Notes under the pieces: model-generated
What the model saw: the letters and a program-made list of their open reading frames with translations, nothing else
The model's database searches: none
Told to the model about the DNA's origin: nothing
Program-made: the position numbers and the translations under genes
Assembly: GCA_951406725.2 (NCBI GenBank)
Contig: OX597822.1
Coordinates: 29,512,001 to 29,576,000, forward strand
Direction of reading: 5' to 3'
Length of the DNA: 64,000 nucleotides
Source: Octopus vulgaris
Lineage: Eukaryota
Shown: in pieces, positions 25,346 to 39,079 of the stretch
Layout of the letters: every line of letters starts with the position of its first letter
Numbering within the stretch: position 1 is the first letter of the stretch

Positions 25346-26595
25346 TACTCATGATCAAGCAGTGCTGTTTTCTGCAAGTGCTCCACCCTTATTGCAGCCG
25401 CTATTTGTTCCACGTACTTCTCGAGATTTTTGCTCACTGTTCCCAGGGCTCTAACAATTATTGGTACTACTGTTACCTTTTTCATCAACCACAACTGCTT
25501 AACTTCCCAAGCTAACCTGTCATACCTCTCGACTTTTCTTTCTTCCTTATCGCATACATTGTTGTCAGCTGGGCATGCTATATCTATGATCCAGCATAGT
25601 TTATTTTCTTTCTCAATTAAGACTATGTGCGGATTCCTATTCTCTGTCTCATGGTCACACTGAATCATAAAATCCCATAGGATCTTTGCATTTCTATTTT
25701 CGATAAAGCCTTCAGGTTTGTGGTCGTACAAAATTTTTGCTCTGTCAAGTCCATACTTGTTGTAAAGTGTGCAATGGACAAGCCTGGCTATATTGTCGTG
25801 GCGTCTCTTATATTCCTTCTGGGCTAGTGGCGTACGTTGGCTGGTAATATGCCATACGGTTTCACCATTTTGTCCACAGATTCTGCACTTATCACTTTCT
25901 GATGTGCTGTCTACTCTGTATTTTATATAGTTTGTTCTTAGTGCTTTCTCTTGGGCAGCACAGATTAGAGCCTCCGTTTCCGGTTTTAAATCACTTTTAG
26001 TCATCCAAAACCATCTTTTTTCTCTGTCTGTCTTATCTTCAACATCCCTATGAAATTGACCATACATTCTTTTCTTTATCCACCTATTTCAGCGTTATTC
26101 GTTTTCAATTCCTTGCACAGTGCTTTATCTTTGCAGTCTTTCATCCTACATAAGCCTGACCTTCCCACTTTTAATATTAGCGGTTCTGTGGCATTTTTTA
26201 CATGCCATGCTATGTTGTTTTCTTCCGCTCTAATGCTGTGTTCGCATCTAATAAGTCCTCTTCCCCCTCTTTTCTTGGTACATACAGTCTGTCTGTGTCA
26301 CTTTTTGGGTGGAGTGTCCCGTATCTAGTTAGCAATTTCCTTGTCTTTCTGTCTAAGTTGTTTAGTTCATCTACTGTCCATGCGATTACCCATACTCCAT
26401 ATCTAAGGAGTGAAACCGCCCAGGTGTTGATAGCTTCAATCTTATTCCGTCCGTTTAATTTCGAGTTAAGGATCAGTCTCAGTCTGCGTAAGTACTCCAC
26501 CTAAAATTTTTCTGCCATTTCTTTCTCCATCAATTTATCCATTTCCAAAATTCCCCAGTACTTATAGCCCATCTCTTCTATCTGCTTCATACCCG
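25346..26595 (-). mobile_element. R4/Dong-type non-LTR retrotransposon fragment (end of RT, CCHC finger, restriction-like endonuclease), frameshifted
   Basis: YKYWGILE, LYVPRKEG, LICAAQEKALRTN, CRICGQNGETVWHI, KRRHDNIAR, KILWDF..NPHIVLI..IIDIACP. Confidence 0.88.
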
Positions 26596-26639
26596 CCCCC
26601 CCGACGGTATCGTCAGTCCGTCCATACATTTCATTTTGC

Positions 26640-27150
26640 CTATCTTCAAGACTAACACACCTCACTTTCTCAGTTCGTACTCCATTCTGATATCTTAAAT
26701 TATTATACTTATCAAGCTTTTCCTGTTCATTCTCGTTCACTTTGCTATCAAATGGGTATGCTATATCCACGATTATACATTCATGAGGTGCTTTGTGGAA
26801 GATAACGATGTCAAGTCGAGAGTGTTCCATGACCTTACCTGTCTTCAGTTTAAAATCCCAAAAGATTTTTGTATTTTCGTTCTCCAGAACCTTCTCCACC
26901 TTGCGGTCATAACATTTTTTTTGGAAGAAGGGAAGTTGTACTTCTTACAGATTTCCGAAAGCACAACATTCGTCACCCTACCATGTTTCCAGTTCTATCA
27001 CACTTTCTGTGTTAGTTTTGGACATTCTGAATCTTGTGTGCAATTATTTCTCCTTTTTCGCCACACATCCTACACTTCCCGTCAATATTTCCTTTCACAC
27101 TGACTTACCTGTTGTTTCTCTTTTGCAATGCTTGCTTCTGAGCAGCCATT
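26640..27150 (-). mobile_element. Second, diverged R4/Dong endonuclease fragment
   Basis: KVLENENTKIFWDFKLKT..HSRLDIVIF..CIIVDIAYPFD..EQEKLDKYNNLR. Confidence 0.75.
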
Positions 27151-27197
27151 TGTTGTTGTTGTTGTTGTTGTTGTTATTATTATTATTATTATTATTA

Positions 27198-27269
<72 letters not shown>

Positions 27270-27274
<5 letters not shown>

Positions 27275-27515
27275 TAGTTTTATTTTTATAGCGTGCTTTC
27301 ACTGTGAGCCTTGGGTATGTGCTGTGTTTTGTTGTGATGCTCTGATAGTTACTGTATTGAAAGTGTTTTGCGTAGGATGTGTGCAGTGCCCAGTAGTGCA
27401 ATTTTCTGTATGTTATATGTGTTTGTAAGTCCTGGTGTTTTTGTTATGTATTTGTCTGAATATTTTTTTATCATACCTAATGCACCTACTATGATAGGAA
27501 TTATTATTGTTGTTG

Positions 27516-27600
<85 letters not shown>

Positions 27601-27984
27601 CACATGTTTGACTTTTGCTTCACATTTGCACTAGCTGGCTCCAAGTCTCACCCAGAGACCTCAAGAGACAACAAGCTGGTAGTTCATGTTGGCCTAGGGT
27701 GCCATATATTTGGTTTTGTACTTAGTGTTGTACTAGTGAATGCCTAAAAAACCATACGAAAATTATGTTTGTTTTAAAACTTGAGATTACAAAGAAAGTA
27801 TTTTGCGTAGGATATGAGCAGTTCCCATGAGCACTATCTTTTGAATTTCTGCCATTTTGGGGTTTCCTGATATCTGAGTTAGGTGGCAATCTGCCCATTT
27901 TGCTATCATTCCCAGGGAACCTATGACAACAGGTATTGTTTTAGTCTTCAGGTTCCACATTTTGCTGATTTCTATTTCCAGATC
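27270..27984 (-). mobile_element. Two further R4/Dong 3' ends separated by (TTA)n tracts
   Basis: 27270-27500 encodes IPIIVGALGMIKK..IQKIALLGTAHILRKTLSIQ*. 27602-27984 encodes LEIEISKMWNLKTKTIPVVIGSLGMI..IQKIVLMGTAHILRK. Each is flanked by (TTA)n. Confidence 0.8.
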
Positions 27985-28030
<46 letters not shown>

Positions 28031-28815
28031 CATCATTATTATTATTAAGGTGGCTAGCTGACAGAATTGTCACTGTGCCGGATAAAAAGATTCATAGCAG
28101 CATTTCGACCATCTTTACTAATGAGTTCAAATTCCGCCGATGTTGACTTTGTCTTTCATCATTTTGGGATCGATAAAATAATTACCCGTTGAGCACTGAC
28201 GTCGTTATAATCGACTTTCCCATCCCCTGAAATTGCTTGCTTTATGCCAAAATATGAACCCGTTGTTGTTGTTGTTGTTGTTGTTAAGGTGATGGACTGA
28301 CAGAATCACTAGCATGTTGGATAAAATGCCTATCGCCGAGGTCAACTTTGCTTTTTTACCCTCTCGGGGTCGGTTAAATAAAGTATCTGTCGAATACTGC
28401 AAATACTGGGGGTCAATGGCATCGACTACACTCACCCCTTAAAACTGCCGGCCTTGAGCCGAAATCAGAAATCGTTGTTGTTATTAAAATTATCATTATT
28501 AACTGTCACGACTGGATTTCTAAAGCGCTTGCGAACTTTCTCGCTAATCGAGTTTATATATAAAAGAAATTGGGCACAACACAACAGAAATAGATTGACA
28601 AAATATTGAAAAAAAAAAAAAAAAAAAACTAGGTGCGTTGTGATTAATTGTGAATAATTTGTGTCACACAAGCGACGATCATGTGACCAGAAATAATACA
28701 AAAAAATCTATATTTCTAATAGGAAGTGTATTTGTAATTTTTAAATCTGAAAATGCACCAAACATATAAGCATGTTCACGATTTCGCTTAATTGCATAAT
28801 GTAGTTTATTACACA

Positions 28816-29329
28816 TCTATATCTATAGACGGCAAAATGTCTGTGTATCTGTGTATCTGTGTGTCTGTGTGTCCTTTATACAAATCCACAGTTTTTCACG
28901 TAAAAGGCTCGCATTTTCTATGGGTTTTCAAAACTGTCTGAGGGTGGTCGTGAAGATCTTTTTATTTCCCCAATCACCCCAGAAAGCCATTAAAAAATCG
29001 ATAAACCGACTCCTCATGCCCATACGTTATTTTACGGCCAAATTCGAGTTTTTCGCTTTCTTCTGGCTCCTTTTTTATCTGACTAATGGCATGTGCACAG
29101 TCCCGTTAATTTTCCGTGATTATGTCGTTCCAGGTGTGAAAACCGAAGTCCAAGGAATATTAATTACTCTCATAAAAAGTTCCAATTAGCTCATAAGCAA
29201 CAAAACTGGTCCAGGCATGAAATGTGATAAGAAACTTAGCTCTTGATTTAGTGAGAAATTTTTACTGCGACCCGGCAATGAACAACAAGCACTAACACTA
29301 GACCCGGTAACGCCGGGTCATTGTGCTAG
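28816..29329 (+). mobile_element. Non-autonomous Helitron
   Basis: A|TCTATATCTATA 5' end; subterminal hairpin GACCCGG-taacg-CCGGGTC, then CTAG|T. A second copy lies at 30844-31428. Confidence 0.8.
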
Positions 29330-30843
29330 TACCTCACTAAAACACCGACTTGTTTAGTCTCAAACCTTTGTGTATGCAAATGAAGTCAATTTTGGTAAAT
29401 TGCATAGTTTTTCTGAATTTTTGTAAACAAAGAATAGGCGAAATGTAACATAGAACAGAACATGTATTCGATCTTATATGAATACAGTGCTTCCAGGAGC
29501 TTCTATTTCTATGATGGGTTTTATTCAGTACGTTTAGGGTGTCGAGCAGGCAGAATTGATTGCAGGCTGGGCAAAATGCTTAGCGACATGTTGTCCATCT
29601 TTACGTTCTGAGTTGAAATTCCACCGAGGTCGACCTTGTCTTTCATCCCGTTCGGGATAAATACCAAAATAAATACCTATTTCTTTACTACCCACATGGG
29701 GCTAAACACAGAGGGGACAAACAAGGACAGACAAACGGATTAAGTTGATTACATCAACCCCAGTGAGTAACTGGTACTAATTTAATCGACCCCGAAAGGA
29801 TGAAAGGCAAAGTCGACCTCGGCGGAATTTGAACTCAGAACGTAGCGGCAGACGAAATACGGCTACGCATTTCGCCCGGCGTGCTAACGTTTCTGCCAGC
29901 TCGCCGCCTTAAAATAAATACCAGTTGAACACTGGGGGGTAGATGTAATTGACTTAGCACCCTACCAGAAATTGCTGGGTAGGGTGCCAAAATTTGAAAC
30001 CAATATTCAATACGCTATATTTACAAACGTGGAGATGTAATTGGTTAGGGCAGCGGACTCGCGGTTTCGATTCCCAGACCGGGCGTTGTGAGTGTTTATT
30101 GAGCGAAAACACCTAAAGCTCCACGAAGCTCCGGCAGGGAGTGGTGGCGATCCCTGCTGTACTCTTTCGCCACAACTTTCTCTCACTCTTTCTTCTGTTG
30201 GCTGCTCGCTTAGCCAGCGGGGTGGCGTCATTTGAAGGCTAAAACAATGCGAAGCGCATTGTGACCAGCGATGTGTAGCAACATCTGATAGCCTGGTCGG
30301 TCACGGTGATCACGGTGATATTTACAAACAGCTTATGTTAAAAAGACATCTGTATTCACTCTCTCGTAGTTCTGTATCCAGTATAATTTTGTCTTTATTT
30401 TAAAAGTGTCAAAGCATTCTTCAAGAAACACATCCCTCTTCATTGCAGATATGATTCATAAAAAAAACAACAACAAAAAGCAAAATCGAAAGCAAAAACA
30501 AAAAAAAGCAAAAGCAAAACAAAAACATGTTGACTAAAGTGGTGATTGGACGCTAGTTTATTGTTTTTGGCAAGCTAGCAAAATCATTACCGAGCCGGAC
30601 AAAATGCTTAGCGGCATTTCTTCCGGTTCTTTACATTCTGAGTTCAAATTCCGCTGAGGCTGGTTTTACCTTTCATCGCTGCGTAGTTCGATGAAATAAG
30701 TACTAGTTGAGCACGGTTGTGTGAGTGTGTGTGTGTGTGTGTGGGGGGGCGGGGGGCGGGGAATCAATGTAGTCGACTAGAACCCTTCCCCCAAATTCCA
30801 GGCTTTGCATTTATCGTAGAAAGGATTATGGATCGCATTAATT

Positions 30844-31428
30844 TCTATATCTATAAACGGCAAAATGTCTGTGTATCTGTGTGTCTGTGTCTCTGTATCC
30901 TCTATACAAATGCACAGTTTTTCGCGTAAAAGGCTCGCATTTTCTATGGACTTTCAAACTTGTCTGAGGGTGGTCGTGAAGATCTTTCCATTTCCCCAGT
31001 CACCCCAGAAAACCATTAAAAAGAGTCGATAAACTGACCCCTTATGCCCATAAGTTATGGGCATATCCATTCAAAATGGCTAAAACACAGAAATTTGCAC
31101 GCGGTGCGTGCGTACAGCTAGATACGCCAATAGACTGCCAGCTGTTTTTTGATTGGACGGAGATAATTTTACCCTTGACAGTTGAATGCGCCTGCGCATT
31201 TGCAGACAGTCTGTATGACTCAGCGCATTTTTGTGTTTTGTGTTTTGCGAAGACGCGTTATCATGTGTTTTGGCTTTCAAACGTTCACGCTTTTTTGATT
31301 TGAGAAATGCAGGGAATAATTAACGAGTTAGACCAAGTGAATGACAAGAGAGCGGGATTTTCATGAAAGACCAAATTTGCTTGACAAGCACTAGCACCAG
31401 ACCCGGCAACTCCGGGTCATAGTGATAG
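30844..31428 (+). mobile_element. Non-autonomous Helitron, second copy with a different middle
   Basis: Shares the first ~210 bp and the 3' end (CAAGCACTA..GACCCGG-caact-CCGGGTC..ATAG) with 28816-29329. Confidence 0.75.
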
Positions 31429-31833
31429 TCTAGGAATAAAGCAATTACATCTTTCATAATCCATATAACATTTTAACAGTTACTAAATAAATGACAAAGC
31501 ATGTATCAAGATTTACAAATCTAGCTAAGACAGTCGTGTTATAAAATACTGAGTAAAATAGGGTGTCGTCGTTCTAGAGGCATATAAATTTATTTTAGTT
31601 TAGGTATTTGAAGAATAGCAAAAGAAAACTGAAAAATGCCAGAATCAATGATCCAAACAATTGTTACACCTGTATGTACCAATATAAGTAGCTCTGACTG
31701 AGAAGCACAAGCAAATTATGTGTATGAACGTACATCGTTAATTTACACAGAACTGTATCTCAAAGGCTGGCCGTTCCCTTCGGAGTCAGAAAATACTTCA
31801 GTCCAGCAATAACCGGTACGTACAAATCTTGGA

Positions 31834-32265
31834 TGAGGCCAATGACGGAGAACTTTTCTCTGAGGCCAATGATGGACAGCTGTTCTCTGAGGCCAATGGT
31901 CGAGAGCTGTTCTCTGAGGCCAATAATGGACAGCTGTTCTCTGAGGCCAATGGTGGGCAGCTGTTCTCTGAGGCCAATGGTCGAGAGCTGTTCTCTGAGG
32001 CCAATGACGGAGAGCTGTTCTCTGAGGCCAATGGTGGAGAGCTGTTCTCTGAGGCCAATGGTGGGCAGCTGTTCTCTGAGGCCAATGGTCGAGAGCTGTT
32101 CTCTGAGGCCAATGACGGAGAGCTGTTCTCTGAGGCCAATGGTGGAGAGCTGTTCTCTGAGGCCAATGGTGGGCAGCTGTTCTCTGAGGCCAATGGTCGA
32201 GAGCTGTTCTCTGAGGCCAATGACGGAGAGCTGTTCTCTGAGGCCAATGGTGGAGAGCTGTTCTC
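31834..32265. repeat. 27-bp minisatellite, 16 copies, with a 108-bp (4-unit) higher-order repeat
   Basis: Unit TGAGGCCAAT-NNNNNN-(G/C)AGCTGTTCTC. Units 5-16 cycle GGTGGG, GGTCGA, GACGGA, GGTGGA three times. Confidence 0.95.
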
Positions 32266-33049
32266 TTATCTAGAACAGTACTACTGTTGCACATTCAGAT
32301 ATCCAAGACTATATCCAGAGAAAGTTTACATAGCTGGTTGACATAAAGCCGAATGGTTGTAAAGTTCAAAAGCAACCAAAAGGTCTTGAGTTCGATACTA
32401 CTGTAAATGATCTTGTGCAAATTGCTCTTTTTTTCATAGCCTCGGGTCAATTCATATCTTCTGAATGAAATTGCGTAGACAGAAAATGTACAGAAGCCTT
32501 CTGGATAGATTGTACCTATAACTCAAAAGATACATCCTTATCAAAATACACCGTGTCATGCTGGTGCTGCCCGGGGATTACATGAAGTGAACGCGTATCT
32601 CTGGAATACTCAGTCGCTTACACGCTAATTCAGGAGCAGGTAATTCATTGTCGTATGATGGCAGTCCACAGTACACACACACACACACACATACACCCCC
32701 CCACACACACACGCTCACACACAATAATGCTTATTTTCTCGTAAATAAACTGAAATGAGGTCACTGATAATGACGCATTTTGCTTTAACGTACAGTCTTG
32801 ATCATAAAAAGAAAAATTTAATAGGTGAGTTGACCTATGGAATAATTATTTGATTGATTCACCTGTAATGATCGCTGTAGAGGGTGCGGCATATGCAGTC
32901 AACCGAATCCTATCTATCGTTTCAAGAAACATCTACACACACATACGTACCATGACTCACACATTCCCTACACGCACAAACACCCAGCGCATCTCTATGT
33001 AGATGACGTTGCTTGTTTCGGTGATTAAACTGCAGTCATATGTATGTCA

Positions 33050-33960
33050 TTATTCAGATTTAATTAAGGGTTTCTTGCCAAAAGAGAAAGAGTCAGTTTC
33101 TAACCTAGATCCAAGGCTCTTTCAACAACAGGGTATTTTTGTATGTATGTATGTATGTATGTATGTATGTATGTATGTATGTATGTATGTATGTATGTAT
33201 GTATATATATATGTATGTATGTATATGTGCAGATTTGTATGTTTTATTTCATGTATGTATTCTCGGACATATAGTTGCATATATAGACATGTTCATACAC
33301 ATTAATATTTAAATGATAAACTTCTGGAAAGTTTTACAGATTTTTACAGTTACAGTGAGGGATTGGATCTGTAGTCTTCGAATCAGCTCTCTCCTTTCTG
33401 GTTTTGAGAAGCCTAATTTCTTAAGATTAGTATTAAGGCAGTGTGTTACATATCCCAGGGCCTCCATTAATTACAGGTATAAACTTGAACTTCTAATCTG
33501 GAATCAATGTTGTATGTCTTGGGTGTAACGCAGAAGCAATAACTTCTTCGGATTTCTTTCAACCACAGAGCATCTTGTTAAAATCCTCCTCATTCCAGAT
33601 TTCCTTCCAGAAAGAGTCTGTCTTCTCGTGAAGGAGTTTCTGTGATGTTCACTGCTCCTCTTCTCATGTCTCTGTATACTGCAGTCTGGTTCCGGTTAAA
33701 TTTTTTCTTTATTGTTTTTCTCTCGCTGTTTCTCGCCGACAGCTTTTAGCTCCCGCTTGAGGGTAATCACTTTGCAAGTGAGTGTCCTCTTTTTTCTGTC
33801 TCCAAACATCATTTTTGTCTCCTTCTTTACTCTCTGGTGGTGGGACGTATAATGATTTTATTGTTTGCACGCAATAAGCGTCATCATATGACTGATGGTA
33901 TTCCGTAAACCAGTTATCTTTTCCTCTATCTTCAAAACCCATGATGGTACTTTGTTTTGG
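33050..33960 (-). mobile_element. Internally deleted, degenerate R4/Dong-type LINE
   Basis: 33050-33500 matches the 3' end of the 50460-51730 copy. 33500-33960 has TDSFWKEIWNEEDFNK-type upstream sequence. Confidence 0.65.
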
Positions 33961-34019
33961 TTTTGTTCACTTTTTGAATGTCATTCACGTTCTACTTTGT
34001 AGTAAAAGCCAGAGCATAT

Positions 34020-35241
34020 AGACAGGTGTTAATCTGCTAAAATGTGGGTTCATCACACTGCTGTAAATACACCTCACCAATTTCGTTAACAGCCTTTAAT
34101 ACCATATCTGGGGATTTTTTTTTTACTTATTTTGGTAGATACTACAATTGCATCTAGAAGAGCATCCTTGACATTAATTGATTGTACATCAAAAAAGCGA
34201 ACAACTATTGCTAAGATTTGTGTCATCGAGATGTCCGTACTCTCATCTGTCCATACTGAAAACGTTTGTTTCTTGAGAATTTCCAAGATTTCATTTCGTT
34301 CATAATGTGCAATTCCGTCTTGCATAATGTAAGTTAATTTTATTGTTTTCATTTGTAGATTTTTAGCTATTTCACAATCAGGAAATTTCAGCTAAGTGAT
34401 TTATATTTTATGAAAGGCACGTGATGTTCAGCAACATAACCTGTTAGTAGCAATTTATTCATTTAATGAGTAATCTGTTTTTTTTTTTTTAACAATAAAT
34501 GAATCTAATTTAATAACAGATTTCGCACAATCAAAAGCTTTCTTGTTTGGCAGTGTTTTTATGAGCTAACAGCTTTGATTTGTAAGCATTTTTCAACACA
34601 ACGTTGGAACAAACGTAGTAACAGGTGTCAGGATTTTTATCATCTTGCTGTAACCAATCTTTAAACTCTGCATCCTCCAACCACGACTTCTTGAAATTTT
34701 CGGTGTACCACTTCCTCTTTTTGGACACACTATTGTCTGCCATTAATTCGCAAAGGGTTACAAAACAAAAACACTCACTCAAAATGTTGTTAAACAAATT
34801 TTAAATGGCGAGTAACAATCGAAGCATACACCATCAACACAGTCAAGCTGTCAACTGGCGGTGTCAGAGTTTCGGATAAGTGTACAAGTGGCCACCAACG
34901 CATTGTAACTTGTAGTTGCCAAGTATGATACACGTATAAATAAATAATGAACGTGTACGATCGGTAATTACGTTACATACAATATTTATATCGATAAATT
35001 CAATACGTGAGATGACTGTGGATGACATATAGAAAGTTTACAAAGTATTAGCAGAGGTGAAACTTCGGTACATGTTGCATACAAAGAGTATGACACCGAT
35101 TTCTCTTTAAAAGATATGTTTTCAGCCAAAACTAACTTAAAAACCCCGATTTAATGTAAATTTGGAAATTAAAACCCATAAACCAATCATTGCTCCGCAA
35201 ACCTCAGATCTGGGTGGAAAAACCCATCAGTGGCATCCCTG
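34020..35241 (-). mobile_element. 5' part of a decayed hAT transposon (BED-finger-like N-terminus, DESTD motif)
   Basis: Minus strand starts CAGGGATGCCAC, a hAT-like TIR, at 35241. ORF pieces FKKSWLEDAEFKDWL..LLAHKNTAK and FSVWTDESTDISMTQILAIVVRFFD. Confidence 0.8.
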
Positions 35242-36865
35242 GGTAAAGCATGTGTCGATAAGCAGCCGATGACGTAAGCCAGCACCGGATGCACATGTAG
35301 AGACGAATCTAAATGTCCTCTGGGGTAGAAATGTAACATATCCTCCGTTGTTTACGAATCACAAGTCTCAGCAAAGTATGACAACGGTAGAACAGAAATC
35401 AAGCGTTATATCGAGTCTGTGGAAGGAAAATTTAAACCCCGATATAACAACCATCTTTTGAATTTTAGACACCGTGCTAAGAGACATACAACAATCCTTT
35501 CGGCTTTAATCTGGAAACTTGTGAGGGCGCGTGGCTTAGTGGTTAGGGCATTCGGCTCATGATCGTAAGGTTGTGAGTTCGATTCCCGGCGACGCGTTGT
35601 GTCCTTGAGCAAGACACTTTATTTCACGTTGCTCCAGTCCACTCAGCTGGCAAAAATGAGTTGTACTTGTATTTCAAAGGGTCAGCCTTGTCACTCTCTG
35701 TGTCACGCTGATTATCCCCGAGAACTACGTTAAGGGTACACGTGTCTGTGGAATGCTAAGCCATTTGCACGTTAATTTCACGAGCAAGCTGTTCCGTTGA
35801 TCGTATCAGCTGGGACCCTCGTCGTCGTAACCGGCGGAGTCTTTTTTTTTTTAATCTGGAAACTTAAAGACGGAGGGACCAGCTACAACATCTAGTGGAA
35901 AAGCCTTTCGAAAACCAGACCATGTATTAATGAGTAACAAAGGTGTTCTGTATTCTCGAGAAACTATAAACCTTAAAGAACTTAAGGACCTCCAGCGGTT
36001 ACCTAAATTCCAGGAACGAGATTTTTTTCGTTATGCCCGCATTTTGAGAAATATGCCTTGGCTGAATTTAAAAGACACATCGTAAACTATTAATATCTTT
36101 CTTTACGTTTATTTTTGAAATTTGTTGGTTGTAACGTTGGTTACTTCCCTCGTGCTTTTCTTTATGAGCGTTCATTGGTTTAAACGTCATCTGCTTTAAA
36201 AGCAGCTGCCAAACAGTCTTGTTCTCTGCTTGAAGAATGGCGAAATAAACGGAAACTTATATTTGTTAATAAGATATGGATAATGATAACTATTTAAGTT
36301 AACAATAGAAAGAACGAGGAAGTTGAAGATTGCATAGGAGCAGAAGGTCGAATTATTAGGAGAAGCGCGGGAGCGTCAACAGTTTAGAAGAGAAAAATAT
36401 GAATGAAGAAGATGGCGATGAAGATCTACAATAGTTGAGAAAAAAGGTTCAAGAGGGAATAGAAAAAATAAAAATGAAGGAAAATGTTAAGAAGAGTGGA
36501 AACCTTTTTGAACGTTACAACAATGGTTACAAGAATATTTCATGTAGTCATTCTGAAATTCAATACGTAAGAGTACAGCGTTCAGAGACTTTGTTTCTTG
36601 AAATTGCCCCTTCAGTTCTGCCTATGTGGACTTTCAACCAGCCCAAGAATCAAAGGCACCAGAAAAATAAACAATTCCATCACACAATTTTCAAAATAAG
36701 CGTAGAATCTCAGTGGTTACTGATAGTGTATTATAATTAAAACAACCTTTACAAGTTTTGCATGATTTTTGTTTTATTAATAATGGGAACTTGTACATAA
36801 GGATTTGTAGGCCTAATTTATTGACATTTTCATTTTATAGTATTAAAAAATATACAATAGCAATA

Positions 36866-36936
<71 letters not shown>

Positions 36937-37098
36937 GCGCGCGCGCGCAAACATACATATATTTACATATAGATGTACTTTATATATATATATATATACA
37001 TACACACACATATATATATATATATCTATATATGTATATATATGTGTATATCTATATATATATCTATATAGATGTATATGTATATATACATATATATG

Positions 37099-37181
<83 letters not shown>

Positions 37182-37425
37182 GTATATTTATATATATATG
37201 TATATATATGTATATATGAAGGATTTAGATCACTGGTGATCTAAACGAATAGATACGCAGAGTAAGTGCGCTAATAAGTCATCTGTTAGGTTCCAAGTTC
37301 ACGGCTGAGGCTGGAGCTAGGGATCCGTATTAAGCTTCCGAGTTAGCAGGTATATATTATATTAGAGGAAAAAAGACAACAAAACCAAGGCAGGACAAGT
37401 ATCTCAAGTCATTTAGAATATTTAA

Positions 37426-37501
37426 GCCTTACAGCTGTTTCTGGGATATGCCAAGTGATTGGCTAGTATGTCCATACACTGGGTATTCCATCATCAGAGA
37501 C
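37426..37501 (-). ncRNA. Minimal hammerhead ribozyme motif, canonical core, 49-nt helix II
   Basis: gtct-CTGATGA-tgg..49 nt..cca-GAAA-C.AGCT.GTA-aggc with palindromic helix III ACAGCTGT. An inverted, core-truncated copy lies at 37713-37778. Confidence 0.7.
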
Positions 37502-38179
37502 GAGGTGACCATGTACGAAAGTACCGGATAGGGAAATTCACAGTGTATAAGGAATAAAATAATGAATTAAATAGTAGATAGAAGAATAAAAAGTAAAGCA
37601 GTGGATAGAAGAATATTGAGAAACGAATAAAGTTCACAATTCATCTTCTCCTAGAGGGTATGGAAGTTGGTCTGTACTTCCATGAAGGTATAGGCCCTTA
37701 GGTATAATCCCAGATGGATTACCCAGTGTATGGACATTGTAGACTATCACTTGCGATATCCCCGAAACAGCTGTAAGGATTCAAATTCACCCTACACTAT
37801 TACTCTAAATGACTTGCGATATGTGTCCTACATTGGTTTTGTTGTCCTTTTCCCTCTGATAAAATACATATTTCTGTATATGGATGTATGTATGCATGTA
37901 TATGTATAATATATACTTGTGTATATATATAAGTGTGTGTATATGTATGTATACACATACACACACACATAAGTAACAAGGCACACTCATTATCGTTTTA
38001 ATTAACATCAAATGATCATCATAGTAATCTGAAAAAATTGGTGACGGAGAGAACCTCCTTAGATTCATTAAACAACATATATATATAAAATATTTATACA
38101 AAGATATGAAAAAAATTAGAAACAAAATCATCGCTTATGAAATATGCACGAAAGAAAAGCTGTCTTTAGAATATATAAG

Positions 38180-38246
<67 letters not shown>

Positions 38247-38365
38247 CACATACACACACACTCACACACAAAAACACAAGCGCGCACACATGCACACATA
38301 TAAGTATATATTTTTATGTATATATGCATATATTTTTGCATACATGCGGACATATATATTATGTA

Positions 38366-38403
<38 letters not shown>

Positions 38404-38419
38404 TATATATGTATGTATG

Positions 38420-38488
<69 letters not shown>

Positions 38489-38517
38489 TATACATACATA
38501 TATACATACATTAATAC

Positions 38518-38556
<39 letters not shown>

Positions 38557-38804
38557 TACACATTGTGGATCAGACATTAAGAACACACGAAAAATTCCCA
38601 TCCACTTGCTGGTTATTTCCTGATAGAGCTGTTTATTACAAAGTGTGGAAAAGTCTCGTCCGAGTCGCAGTGAAAATGCGTCAGGAACTGTATTGATGAA
38701 TTAATGTTTATATTCTATAATATGCTGTTTTATTAAGAGATATGTGAAAAGCGGTTGTCAGTTTCATATCTTCTCAAAAGCGCTATCAATGACACATTCA
38801 TCAT

Positions 38805-38854
<50 letters not shown>

Positions 38855-38901
38855 ATATATACATATACACACACATATATACAACTATACATATAAATAT
38901 A

Positions 38902-38941
<40 letters not shown>

Positions 38942-39079
38942 CATAGTTATATTGTTATGCTTCTCTTCCGTGATTATAAAATGTTTAACACAATATTTTT
39001 TGAGTAATAAATGGGGTTAATATTTTGATATTGTGGCTTTCAGATTCTCGGATGATGTATGGCTGCGGCTGATTGTAAA

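Noticed and set aside
31743-32341. Four overlapping repeat ORFs, or a CRISPR-like array
   Set aside because: Openness follows from a 27-bp unit lacking stops. There are no unique spacers, no cas genes, and the context is eukaryotic.
38615-38688. CTGATAGA..GAAAATGCGTC possible hammerhead
   Set aside because: The core has an insertion, helix III is not palindromic and the helix I register is ambiguous.
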